Shown here: piece after piece, positions 1-7,923 of the stretch
Layout: every line of letters starts with the position of its first letter
Position numbering within the stretch: position 1 is the stretch's first letter
Source of the DNA: Chloroflexota bacterium
GTDB lineage: Bacteria > Chloroflexota > Dehalococcoidia > Lucifugimonadales > JADFKI01
Direction: 5' to 3'
NCBI GenBank assembly: GCA_027623195.1
Contig: JAQBUT010000046.1
Location: 1-12,945 of the forward strand
Length of the DNA stretch: 12,945 nt
Made by a program: the position numbers and the translations under genes
The notes under the pieces: model-generated
Told to the model about the DNA's origin: nothing
The model's database searches: none
What the model saw: the letters and a program-made list of their open reading frames with translations, nothing else

Positions 1-1790
1 ACCAGGTAGGTTCGACGCAAAGATTATCACAGTCGGCCCGCACCTGGAAATCAGGGAGCGGGCTTTTTCATTCTACGAAAAGGTAACGATTACGGAACTC
101 ACAGCCCCGGCAGAGTCCGGGCAGGAGACAGATTATGATGGAATTCAAAGAGCAGGACGGCAAGCCGATTCACGTGGCAATCTACTGCCGGGTGTCGTCC
201 GAGGAACAGCGAGACAACCAGACCATAGAGACCCAGGTGAACTACGCTAAGAAATGGATAGAACTCCAAGAGCTCAGCCGCAAGCATTACTTAGTCTATG
301 ACTTTTATAAGGATGACGGCGTATCCGGCACCATAGCCCTTGCCAAACGCCCCGAAGGCAAACGCCTTTTGGCAGACGCAGAGGCAGGTCGTTTCTCAAT
401 CGTGCTGGCCTACAAGATAGACCGGATGGGACGAGACCCAAGGGACATCCTTAACTCCGCACACAGACTTGACCAGTTGAGTGTGGGCCTAAAGAGCCTC
501 ACGGAGGATTTTGACCTCACATCACCATCGGGTCGATTCATGTTCAACATCTTCGCGGCATCGGCGGGATTCGCCAGAGACACCCAGGTTGAACGCTCCG
601 TCGAAGGCACTAACTACTGGGCCAAAGAAGGTGTATGGCTTGGCGGTATCGTACCTTACGGGTACGTAGTGGAAGGCCGGAAGAAGCAGGCCCGAATCGC
701 AGTTAATGATTCTTCCTTGCGGGATATGGACCTGTCAGAGGCAGATGTCGTACGACTCATGTACAGGCTGTTGACTCAAGATGGGTGGTCCTGCGTGAAA
801 ATCGCCGAACACCTCAATGCTCTCGGTATACCTACGGCCTACACCAGAGACGAACGGGCCGTGAAGCGAACCACACCAGAAGGGAAACGTAAGACCAACA
901 CAGCAGGGGTATGGCGACCATCGCGTGTGAGAAACTTGTTGGTGAACTCCGTATATAAGGGGGAGCACGTTTACGGTAAACGTAGTAAGAAACAGCGGTC
1001 CACGATATCCCGTGAAGTGCCACATATAGTCACGTCAGATACTTGGGACGCCGCTCAAAAGACTCTCCGAAATAACCAGATAATGTCCAGCAAGAACGCA
1101 AAGCGGCAGTACCTGTTGCGTGGCGCAGTCCGCTGCGGCATCTGCGGACTGAACTATTCAGGCTCTCAAGTAAAAAGGGCCAAGGGTAACATCCACATCT
1201 ACTACAAGTGCAACGGCAAGCAGCCTTTCCGCGGACGCCTGGAAGGCAAATGCCCCAGTGCTTACGTGGAGGCTGAGCGACTAGAGTCCGAAATTTGGAA
1301 AGATATCGAAGGCTTCATAAGAAACCCAGGAGAGGTGATTGAGACACTGGCCTACAGGCTCAAAGACCACGAGCAAGTGACGGAGAATGCTGCAGTGGAC
1401 CGTGACGTTATAAATGCGGCGTTGAATCGCAAGCAGTCAGAGAAAGACATTGTGATTGACCTTTACCGCCGGGATCGCATCACCCTACCCGATCTGGAGC
1501 GACAGCTTGAGAAGATATCCGCCGAGGAACGGGAACTCAACGAACGAATTGTTGAATTGGATAGTCAGGCCGGAATCCAGGAGGATTACTCGTCCCGTCT
1601 TTCCCAGTCTCGTGAGCTACTAAGTGAACTGGGGAGCCGATTAGACGAAGGCGTTTCTTGGGATGTCAAGCGGCAACTGGTTGAGACTCTAGTGCTGTCT
1701 GTAAACGTTGAAACAGTGCTTGAGGGCCAGAGCCGCAAACCCAACGTGACCGTGACATACGCCTTTCCTGGTAGCGCAGATAACCGCACG
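1..1790. mobile_element. End of an integrative element (genomic island/prophage/IME) inserted in comM; it continues left of the window
   Basis: Terminal serine integrase abutting a host gene that is interrupted at a conserved motif. Confidence 0.85.
2..250 (+). CDS. 3' part of a putative element-encoded ORF upstream of and overlapping the integrase (5'-truncated by the window)
   Basis: Frame 2 is stop-free from the window start to TAA at 248-250 (PGRFDAKIITVGPHLEIRERAFSFYEKV...GELR*). The other + frames stop at 7-9 and 84-86. No start codon is visible and no family is recognised. Confidence 0.4.
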   Translation, partial: PGRFDAKIITVGPHLEIRERAFSFYEKVTITELTAPAESGQETDYDGIQRAGRQADSRGNLLPGVVRGTARQPDHRDPGELR

Positions 1791-1820
1791 GGCACGGATT
1801 CATGGCAGCAACCAGCATGA
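135..1820 (+). CDS. Large serine recombinase (serine integrase): resolvase catalytic domain, recombinase domain, zinc ribbon and coiled coil
   Basis: [11 protein letters not shown] with catalytic Ser21, [21 protein letters not shown], zinc ribbon [12 protein letters not shown]...YYKC...C and a long coiled coil. RBS AGGAG at 123-127. Confidence 0.96.
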   Translation: MMEFKEQDGKPIHVAIYCRVSSEEQRDNQTIETQVNYAKKWIELQELSRKHYLVYDFYKDDGVSGTIALAKRPEGKRLLADAEAGRFSIVLAYKIDRMGRDPRDILNSAHRLDQLSVGLKSLTEDFDLTSPSGRFMFNIFAASAGFARDTQVERSVEGTNYWAKEGVWLGGIVPYGYVVEGRKKQARIAVNDSSLRDMDLSEADVVRLMYRLLTQDGWSCVKIAEHLNALGIPTAYTRDERAVKRTTPEGKRKTNTAGVWRPSRVRNLLVNSVYKGEHVYGKRSKKQRSTISREVPHIVTSDTWDAAQKTLRNNQIMSSKNAKRQYLLRGAVRCGICGLNYSGSQVKRAKGNIHIYYKCNGKQPFRGRLEGKCPSAYVEAERLESEIWKDIEGFIRNPGEVIETLAYRLKDHEQVTENAAVDRDVINAALNRKQSEKDIVIDLYRRDRITLPDLERQLEKISAEERELNERIVELDSQAGIQEDYSSRLSQSRELLSELGSRLDEGVSWDVKRQLVETLVLSVNVETVLEGQSRKPNVTVTYAFPGSADNRTGTDSWQQPA

Positions 1821-2871
1821 AATTGGCTGGGAAGCTAGTTGTGCCCTGTGCTCGGCTTATGGTGACCATCTTGTCCTCCAATGGCTGGCGCAGTACCTCA
1901 AGCACCGTGTGGCCGAACTCCGGCAACTCGTCGAGAAACAGCACGCCTCTGTGGCTCAACGTCACCTCTCCCGGCCTGGGCATCCTCCCGCCGCCAACCA
2001 GCCCTGCGTTCGAGATCGTGTAGTGAGGCGCTCGGAATGGCCTTTGCGATATTAACGGCGAGGAGTTCGGCAGCAGACCGCCCACGCTGTATATCTTCGT
2101 GACGTCCAGCGCCTCGTTCCTGGTTAGCCGAGGCAGCACAGATGGCAAGGCGCGAGCCAGCAGCGTTTTGCCGCTACCAGGAGGACCGCTCATGAGCAGG
2201 TTATGACCCCCTGAGGCCGCCACCTCTAATGCTCGCTTGGCATGTTCCTGACCGCGAACGTCGGCGAGGTCGGTGTCCCTGCCGGGGTTGATGCCAGCGC
2301 CGTTAAGAGGGTGCGCGTCCTCTACAAGCGCGTTGACATCGGCCTTGATTGGGAGAATGACATCATCTCCCCTAAAGTGGGAAATGAGTTGATTGAGGTG
2401 TCCCACCCCGTATACGTCAATACCGTCTACCAGTGCCGCCTCCGCAGCATCCAGCGCCGGCACGAAGACGCATTGGAATCCTTCGTCTCGGGCCACTGCA
2501 ACCATTGGCAGAATGCCGTTTGTGTGTCTTAGTCCGCCGTCCAGCGAAAGCTCGCCCAGAAAAAGGGCTGACTCTGGAATGGATGGGACCTGCCCCGAGC
2601 TAAGCAGCACGGATATGGCGATTGGCAGATCGTAAGCGGGCCCGGCTTTACGCAGGTCTGCCGGGGCAAGATTGACGGTGACGCGTCTCATGGGGAATTC
2701 GCCGCCCGAGTTTCGGATGGCGGCCCGGACGCGTTCGCGTGCCTCCTGAACGGCAGTGTCAGGCAATCCTACGATGGTGAAAGCGGGGAGCCCAGGGGAG
2801 ATGTCTACTTCGACCTGGACGATGAATCCATCCAGGCCAACCACGGCACACGTTGTGGATTTCGCCAGCAT
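1666..2871 (-). pseudogene. comM: 5' portion of comM / YifB-family Mg-chelatase-like AAA+ ATPase, interrupted after residue ~364, with a 37-aa non-native tail
   Basis: [36 protein letters not shown], Walker [16 protein letters not shown], Walker [27 protein letters not shown]. It lacks the usual downstream ISGPLLDRID segment and the C-terminal domain. Confidence 0.93.
1770..1805. other. Hybrid attachment site (attL/attR); crossover probably within ~1778-1797
   Basis: ComM-like sequence stops after N-P-C-P-C-G-Y (minus-strand codons 1800..1780). Beyond this the reading is integrase antisense (LRYQERR...). The exact core dinucleotide cannot be fixed without the other junction. Confidence 0.8.
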
Positions 2872-2907
2872 AATTGTGACCCGATGATGTACAAATCCTT
2901 GGCCGCT

Positions 2908-2936
2908 ATACTAAGTGTCGGCTAGGCGGGAGTCAA
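2908..2936 (-). promoter_or_regulatory. Sigma70-type promoter of comM
   Basis: TTGACT (2936-2931), 17-bp spacer, TAGTAT (2913-2908); 36 nt upstream of the ATG. Confidence 0.6.
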
Positions 2937-3029
2937 CAGATCATATTTTGCGCCTGAATGGAGGGGGGGCTATTCAGCAAGGGATAGCGTAGGGAATCGT
3001 AGTAGAAATGGCGCTAAAATGAGGCAACC

Positions 3030-3058
3030 TTGACTATTTTTCTGGGCGATGCTAGCGT
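3030..3058 (+). promoter_or_regulatory. Sigma70-type promoter pointing into the 3071-3176 hairpin
   Basis: TTGACT (3030-3035), 17-bp spacer containing extended -10 TG (3050-3051), TAGCGT (3053-3058). No + strand gene follows. Confidence 0.5.
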
Positions 3059-3064
3059 ATGAAG

Positions 3065-3190
3065 GAGTAGGTCCTGCTGTAGCTTATAAGAGGGGTCCAC
3101 TCGCTTGCCCAACTGTCACGGCTAGATGTGGGGTCTTCCGTATCAGCTATAATTAATGGGGCAGCTACAGCAGGACTTCACTGCTACTTT
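3065..3190. ncRNA. Candidate structured small RNA closed by a perfect 14-bp inverted repeat
   Basis: GTCCTGCTGTAGCT (3071-3084) / AGCTACAGCAGGAC (3163-3176). Outer AGTAG/CTACT (3066-3070/3184-3188). Inner G-U-rich stem 3090-3100/3128-3138. Promoters on both sides. Confidence 0.45.
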
Positions 3191-3216
3191 ATATTCGTTC
3201 CCACCAGTTCTGTCAA
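3188..3216 (-). promoter_or_regulatory. Near-consensus sigma70 promoter pointing into the hairpin and towards comM
   Basis: TTGACA (3216-3211), 17-bp spacer, TATAAA (3193-3188), preceded by a long AT-rich tract (3217-3315) that could act as an UP element. Confidence 0.6.
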
Positions 3217-3320
3217 CATGTTTTTATGACTTTTTTGAGTAATCCTTAATATAAATATTTAATTTGCGATTAGCAATATACTAGAAATAATGTTAATAAT
3301 TGGATTCGATAATACGGGTC

Positions 3321-5648
3321 CTATTTTCCACTAGTTTCACCCAGGCTTTCCTTCAACCCAGCCAACCTAATTTTGGCCTCTGCAACCGCCGCGCTATCGA
3401 ACGGATTCGGGTCGTACGCAGCTTTCCAGGCATTCGACCGAAGCCATGCCATGTGTGCACCCTCGGCGCGTTCCTTACCTATGACTGGGCGGCTGTACTC
3501 GCCCAATGTCTGAGCAGGTTGGCGTGGCGGAAATCCGTGCTTCCCCAGAAGCTTTTCCGCCTTGGAGTAGATCTTAAGCATGTCCTGCCGTCCATCGCCG
3601 GGTATGCCGGAGTACGCCATTCTTGGCCTACCAGAGCGCAGCAGTGGCGCGAAACGCCAAATGGCGAACGCTGCCAACATAAGGCTTGCTATTGTTATGG
3701 CAGGACCCAGTATCTTGATGGCAGTCTGGGCTGCATCGCCGTTCAACAGGTCGCCTATCATCTCGGGAGAGGAGCGCACGGAGCTGTAAATGTCCTCCGA
3801 CAGGTTTGCGCTAAATATGGCCCCCACGGGCGGCGAGTCGAAGAAGGTTCCTCCCTCTCCAAACCCGGCGGTGGACGGCCTCGGCGCACTGTCGAATGGA
3901 ACCCATCCCGAGTCGCTAAAGAATACCTCCGCCCACGCATGTTGATCGCTAGCGCGCACCATGTAGGTGCCAGAGAGCGGATCGAACTGCCCAGGCAAGT
4001 AGCCAGTCACCATTCGCGCTGGTATGCCCGCGCCTCTGGCCAGGAGCACCGTCGCCGTAGCGATGTCCATTCCTGTGCCTTTGCCCTGGGACTCTATGAA
4101 AACTGAAGGTTCTTGCGTCAACGCCATCTGATCGGTGGCCGTTAAGTCGTACTCATAGTTTCTGTCTATGTACGTGACGATGCGGCGCATCCGGTCCACA
4201 TCGGCGAAGAAGCCTCCAGTTATTTGTGACGCCACCGATTCTATACTGTCAGAATTCGGAGGCATCTGATGGTAGCGGTATTCCAGGCGATTGGCTGGAT
4301 TGGATTTACGAAGGACGCTCAAGCTGAAGTCCGGTAGCGCAGAGATCACCCGATACGTCGAGCCAGCGTCAATCTTACGAGAGCCGTCTTCCGCCAGTGG
4401 AATCGAAGCCACCATGGGTGAGTAACCGCTAAAGAACTCCCCTTCACCTTGAGGCTGTTTCATGAAGAAAGTCTGGTTGTAGAGCGGTCCGGACTGGATA
4501 TTTTTGGGTTGGGGCGCGGCATACACCGCCCTGGAGCCCCCAGATCTTCGGTTGAACCAAGCAGTGCCGTCCTCGTGCCAGATACCATCCGCGAACCTGT
4601 CATATGCTTTGTCGCGCCAGTAGGTCAAAACGGGGCTTCGGACCTGCATAATCAGAGTGTCCTCTGCCGAAGGCGCCGTCGTCTCGCTGGGGCTAATGTT
4701 ACCTGCGCCGACCTCCGACCCCTGCCCCGTGCCGATACCGCGTTGACCACCCTCGCCCGATTCCTGCCCAAGCGTCGGCGATTCCGGTAAATCCGAGTTT
4801 TCCGTTTGAGTCGTGTCATTGGGAGATTGGGCGGGACCATTCGTAGGGTTTGTACTTCCTTCTTCCTCTGGAGTTCCGGCAGTAACAGGCAACGCCGAAC
4901 CAAGAGACTGCTGCTCAAACGAGACCTCGGGGATGTTGATGCGGTCGCTGGCCCTCATGGGCAGGACGGCTCCATGAGCGTCGTTTATGGGATCGACAAG
5001 CTGTTTCGGCAGCAGAATAAATATAGCGGCGGAGGTTAGCATGGAAGCGACGAACACACCGGTCCAGAAAAACCCAAATCCGAAACGATTTTGGAACCAG
5101 CGGACATCGGCGGTCTTCACCTGATCCAGCAGGAAGGATAGGGCCAGAAACGAGAGCAGCAGAGTGGTATAGCCTGTCAAAAATATTACGAAGGTTATGT
5201 CCAGGGCCTGCTGACTAACGAAGAAGAAAATAGCGCCGCTTACGATGATACTGGCGTACAGTCCCCCGCGACTTCTCATCTCGAATGACGCTATGCCCTG
5301 GAAAAGTATGAGGAAGTACGCGATGGGCAGCCAATCGCCGTTGACGGCCTTCATTACGGAGGCAGGCACCAGCATTAGTGAGCCCAGTAACGCCAGCGCG
5401 ATTATGCCTGTCCTGACGCGGGATTGGAGTGACCTGAATACCCAGCTGAATACGTGGCCGGCGGTTAGAAGCAAGCCACCGCCAAACCAGATCCAAAGTG
5501 GGCTGCCTACCCATGCCATAGACGCGGCCACCCACCAGCTCATCAGCAACACGATGAAATGGAGCGAAGGGCTTTCATCCCCCTTCTTTATTAGGGAGCC
5601 GTTTATCAGCTCTTTCATGGGCCGAATGTCTCTGAAAGCGTTGGTCAT
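3321..5648 (-). CDS. Membrane transglutaminase-like protein (TgpA-type: N-terminal TM bundle, transglutaminase-like core, C-terminal TM plus DUF4129-like tail); catalytic Cys absent
   Basis: Multiple hydrophobic helices, YWRDKAYDRF, LARGAGIPARMVTGYLPG, HAWAEVF, GWVPFD, and a C-terminal RQPAQTLGEY...AAY. Third gene of a MoxR-DUF58 operon. The start could alternatively be M11. Confidence 0.88.
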   Translation of the reverse strand: MTNAFRDIRPMKELINGSLIKKGDESPSLHFIVLLMSWWVAASMAWVGSPLWIWFGGGLLLTAGHVFSWVFRSLQSRVRTGIIALALLGSLMLVPASVMKAVNGDWLPIAYFLILFQGIASFEMRSRGGLYASIIVSGAIFFFVSQQALDITFVIFLTGYTTLLLSFLALSFLLDQVKTADVRWFQNRFGFGFFWTGVFVASMLTSAAIFILLPKQLVDPINDAHGAVLPMRASDRINIPEVSFEQQSLGSALPVTAGTPEEEGSTNPTNGPAQSPNDTTQTENSDLPESPTLGQESGEGGQRGIGTGQGSEVGAGNISPSETTAPSAEDTLIMQVRSPVLTYWRDKAYDRFADGIWHEDGTAWFNRRSGGSRAVYAAPQPKNIQSGPLYNQTFFMKQPQGEGEFFSGYSPMVASIPLAEDGSRKIDAGSTYRVISALPDFSLSVLRKSNPANRLEYRYHQMPPNSDSIESVASQITGGFFADVDRMRRIVTYIDRNYEYDLTATDQMALTQEPSVFIESQGKGTGMDIATATVLLARGAGIPARMVTGYLPGQFDPLSGTYMVRASDQHAWAEVFFSDSGWVPFDSAPRPSTAGFGEGGTFFDSPPVGAIFSANLSEDIYSSVRSSPEMIGDLLNGDAAQTAIKILGPAITIASLMLAAFAIWRFAPLLRSGRPRMAYSGIPGDGRQDMLKIYSKAEKLLGKHGFPPRQPAQTLGEYSRPVIGKERAEGAHMAWLRSNAWKAAYDPNPFDSAAVAEAKIRLAGLKESLGETSGK

Positions 5649-5668
5649 GCTAATTGGATAACGTCCAT

Positions 5669-6898
5669 TTAAGAAACCGCAGCGGCTTCGGGTTCTGCCG
5701 CATGGTTTATTTGTCTGTCACTCAACACCGCCAGGGCCTGCGCGGCCTCGCCCGGCCCACATTCGACGACTCGCGCCCCGGCTTTTACAAGGTCTGAAAG
5801 GGCATTGGGCGAAGCCCCGTTCGTGCTAAAGCCAGTAAGGACTATTGCCGAAACCCTGCGCTGTCCTGAAGCCAGTCTTGTGGCTTCGCGAAGGCCAGCG
5901 CTGTCAGAGTCCTGCACTATGATCAACACCGCCGAGAACGGAGCCACAACCCCCAGCATTTCGGGCAGCGACCACTTTTCTTTGGGTTTCATCAACGCCA
6001 GGTTGCGCAACAGCGCGTTGGGGTCGGTAGTCTCCTCATTTATGCCGCCAGCCACCAGCCTAACAATGCCTGCGGATCGACAGACATAATCGCCAACGCT
6101 GGCTGCCAGAGAAATAGCGTGCTCCAGGGCTTCGTCATTACCGCCCGGAATTCGTTTTATGTCAAAGCAAATTGTTATAGCACTGTCTGGAGTTTTCTCA
6201 AACTCTTTCACCTGTGGCTGGTTTGTGCGGGCGGAGTTTTTCCAGTGGACGTGGTGCCACGGATCGCCTGAAACGTAGTTTCGAGATCCGCTGGCCTGCT
6301 CACCAACACGTGATTTCAGCGAATAGTTGGAGGTAGTGCCGGAGTTGTCCAGAAGCTCCAACCCTTCTACGGCGTGGACCTTCGGTAATACCAGCACTTC
6401 TGTAGGATTGCTGATGGACTTCTGTCTTCGGAAAATACCGAAAGGTACGCTGGTTTCCAACTTAAGGTCTGAAAGATTATATAATCCGCGTCTCAGGAAG
6501 CTGCAGTGGGTTGTGGAGGCGTATGTGCCATTGCGGCTTAACCAGGCGACGAACATCCGTTGCTTCTCCGCCTGAATCCCCAGTTTGTCGAAATCGTAGG
6601 AGGCGCCGACGAAGACCGCAGGGAGTATGGCACGGTTCTCCATAAGAGTTTCCAGGTCGCATTCGTCGCCTGCCATAGGGCCTTCGTAAAGGCCTTTGCC
6701 ATGCCAGCCTGTTATCCGGCGTCGAATACTAATGTTTCCTATTGCCAGCCAGGGCAAGACCATGGAGATGATTATGATGCCCCACAGGACGGCGTCGAAT
6801 AGCAAAAGCCATCCAACACGGGTGAACCCCGCAAGGGTAAAGAGCATCACTGCGACTATGATCAGACCTATGCCGCGAGGTCGGACCGCTATAGGCAT
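5669..6898 (-). CDS. DUF58 family protein (MoxR-associated, degenerate vWA-like) with N-terminal TM helices
   Basis: RRGLY...PFGIF...VLVLPKV, RNYVSGDPWHHVHWKNSAR, VKEFE, LEHAISLAAS. Lies 9 nt downstream of moxR with a GGAG RBS. Confidence 0.9.
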   Translation of the reverse strand: MPIAVRPRGIGLIIVAVMLFTLAGFTRVGWLLLFDAVLWGIIIISMVLPWLAIGNISIRRRITGWHGKGLYEGPMAGDECDLETLMENRAILPAVFVGASYDFDKLGIQAEKQRMFVAWLSRNGTYASTTHCSFLRRGLYNLSDLKLETSVPFGIFRRQKSISNPTEVLVLPKVHAVEGLELLDNSGTTSNYSLKSRVGEQASGSRNYVSGDPWHHVHWKNSARTNQPQVKEFEKTPDSAITICFDIKRIPGGNDEALEHAISLAASVGDYVCRSAGIVRLVAGGINEETTDPNALLRNLALMKPKEKWSLPEMLGVVAPFSAVLIIVQDSDSAGLREATRLASGQRRVSAIVLTGFSTNGASPNALSDLVKAGARVVECGPGEAAQALAVLSDRQINHAAEPEAAAVS

Positions 6899-6907
6899 GG
6901 GATACTC

Positions 6908-7888
6908 CTAAACAGGCACCGCGATCTTATCGAGAATCTCCTGGACGATTTCGCGGTTGTCCATGTCGGAGCCTGGATGGGAAGCGATGCGGTGAGGCAA
7001 AACCAAAGGGGCTACCTTTTTGACATCCTCGGGTATGAGGAAGTCCCTGCCCTCGAACGCCGCCCAGCCCTGGGCCGCGCTCTGAAGCAGAACTGTTCCT
7101 CTGGGGCTAACGCCCCGAGATACCTGCGGATGCTCTCTGGTAGCCTGGGATATGTTGACCAGGTATTCTTTCACAGGTAAAGCGACCTGTATCTGCCTCA
7201 CGGTGGCTTGCATGGCCAGAACGTCCTGCGTGGTCAGCACGGCTGAGGTGCTCTTAAAACCATGCTCCGCTCGGGACAGAATCTCAATCTCCTGCGCCGG
7301 CGACGGCAGGCCAAGGCTCATGCGAATCAGGAACCTGTCTAGCTGTGAGTCCGGCAGCGGGAATATTCCGTGGCTCTCCACCATGTTCTGAGTAGCAACA
7401 ACCATGAAGGGCCTTGGTAGAGGATAGACGTCGCCGTCGGCGCTGACCTGGAACTCGGCCATGGCCTCCAGCAGCGCTGCCTGCGTGCGTGGCCCCGTCC
7501 TGTTAATCTCGTCTGCTATGAGAACGTTCGAGAATACAGGCCCGGGCTTGAACTCGAAGTGGTTCTGCTGCATGTTGAAAATAGATGTGCCGGTAATGTC
7601 GCTGGGAAGCAGGTCGGGCGTGCACTGCACTCGGGAGAATCGGCCCTGGACGGACTGAGCCAAGGTCTTGGCCATCAGGGTCTTTCCTACACCTGGCGTG
7701 TCTTCCAATAGAATATGGCCCTGCGAGACCAGTCCCAACAAGACATAGCGTATGGACTCTTCTGATATAACCACGGAACTGGATATGTTGCTTACCAGAG
7801 CCTGTAGGAGTTGCTGGAAGCGTTGCTGGTCTAGCTGACCAACAGGCGCGCCGCTCTCCGTGTTCATCACCTGCGTTGACGTGGACAT
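6908..7888 (-). CDS. moxR: MoxR family AAA+ ATPase
   Basis: GHILLEDTPGVGKT, RVQCTPDLLPSDITG, LIADEINR, QAALLEAMAE, QLDRF, GVSPRG. Start reassigned from 7954 to the ATG at 7888, which is preceded by GAGG. Confidence 0.95.
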   Translation of the reverse strand: MSTSTQVMNTESGAPVGQLDQQRFQQLLQALVSNISSSVVISEESIRYVLLGLVSQGHILLEDTPGVGKTLMAKTLAQSVQGRFSRVQCTPDLLPSDITGTSIFNMQQNHFEFKPGPVFSNVLIADEINRTGPRTQAALLEAMAEFQVSADGDVYPLPRPFMVVATQNMVESHGIFPLPDSQLDRFLIRMSLGLPSPAQEIEILSRAEHGFKSTSAVLTTQDVLAMQATVRQIQVALPVKEYLVNISQATREHPQVSRGVSPRGTVLLQSAAQGWAAFEGRDFLIPEDVKKVAPLVLPHRIASHPGSDMDNREIVQEILDKIAVPV

Positions 7889-7923
7889 CTGTCTGTCCTC
7901 ACTGAAGAAGGTATAATCGAACG

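Noticed and set aside
3047..3136. Short words reminiscent of the raiA RNA motif (GTAGGTCCTGC, TGTGGGGTC)
   Set aside because: The other conserved blocks and spacing are not evident, and the perfect inverted repeat implies a different fold. A covariance-model search would be needed.
3270..3300. dif-like site (TAATGTTAAT resembles an XerD arm) or oriC unwinding element
   Set aside because: There is no convincing XerC arm at 6-bp spacing and no cluster of DnaA boxes. The similarity is explained by AT richness.
3300..4106. 268-aa + strand ORF
   Set aside because: It is the antisense shadow of the transglutaminase-like gene, with Arg/Cys/His-rich unnatural composition and no motifs or RBS.
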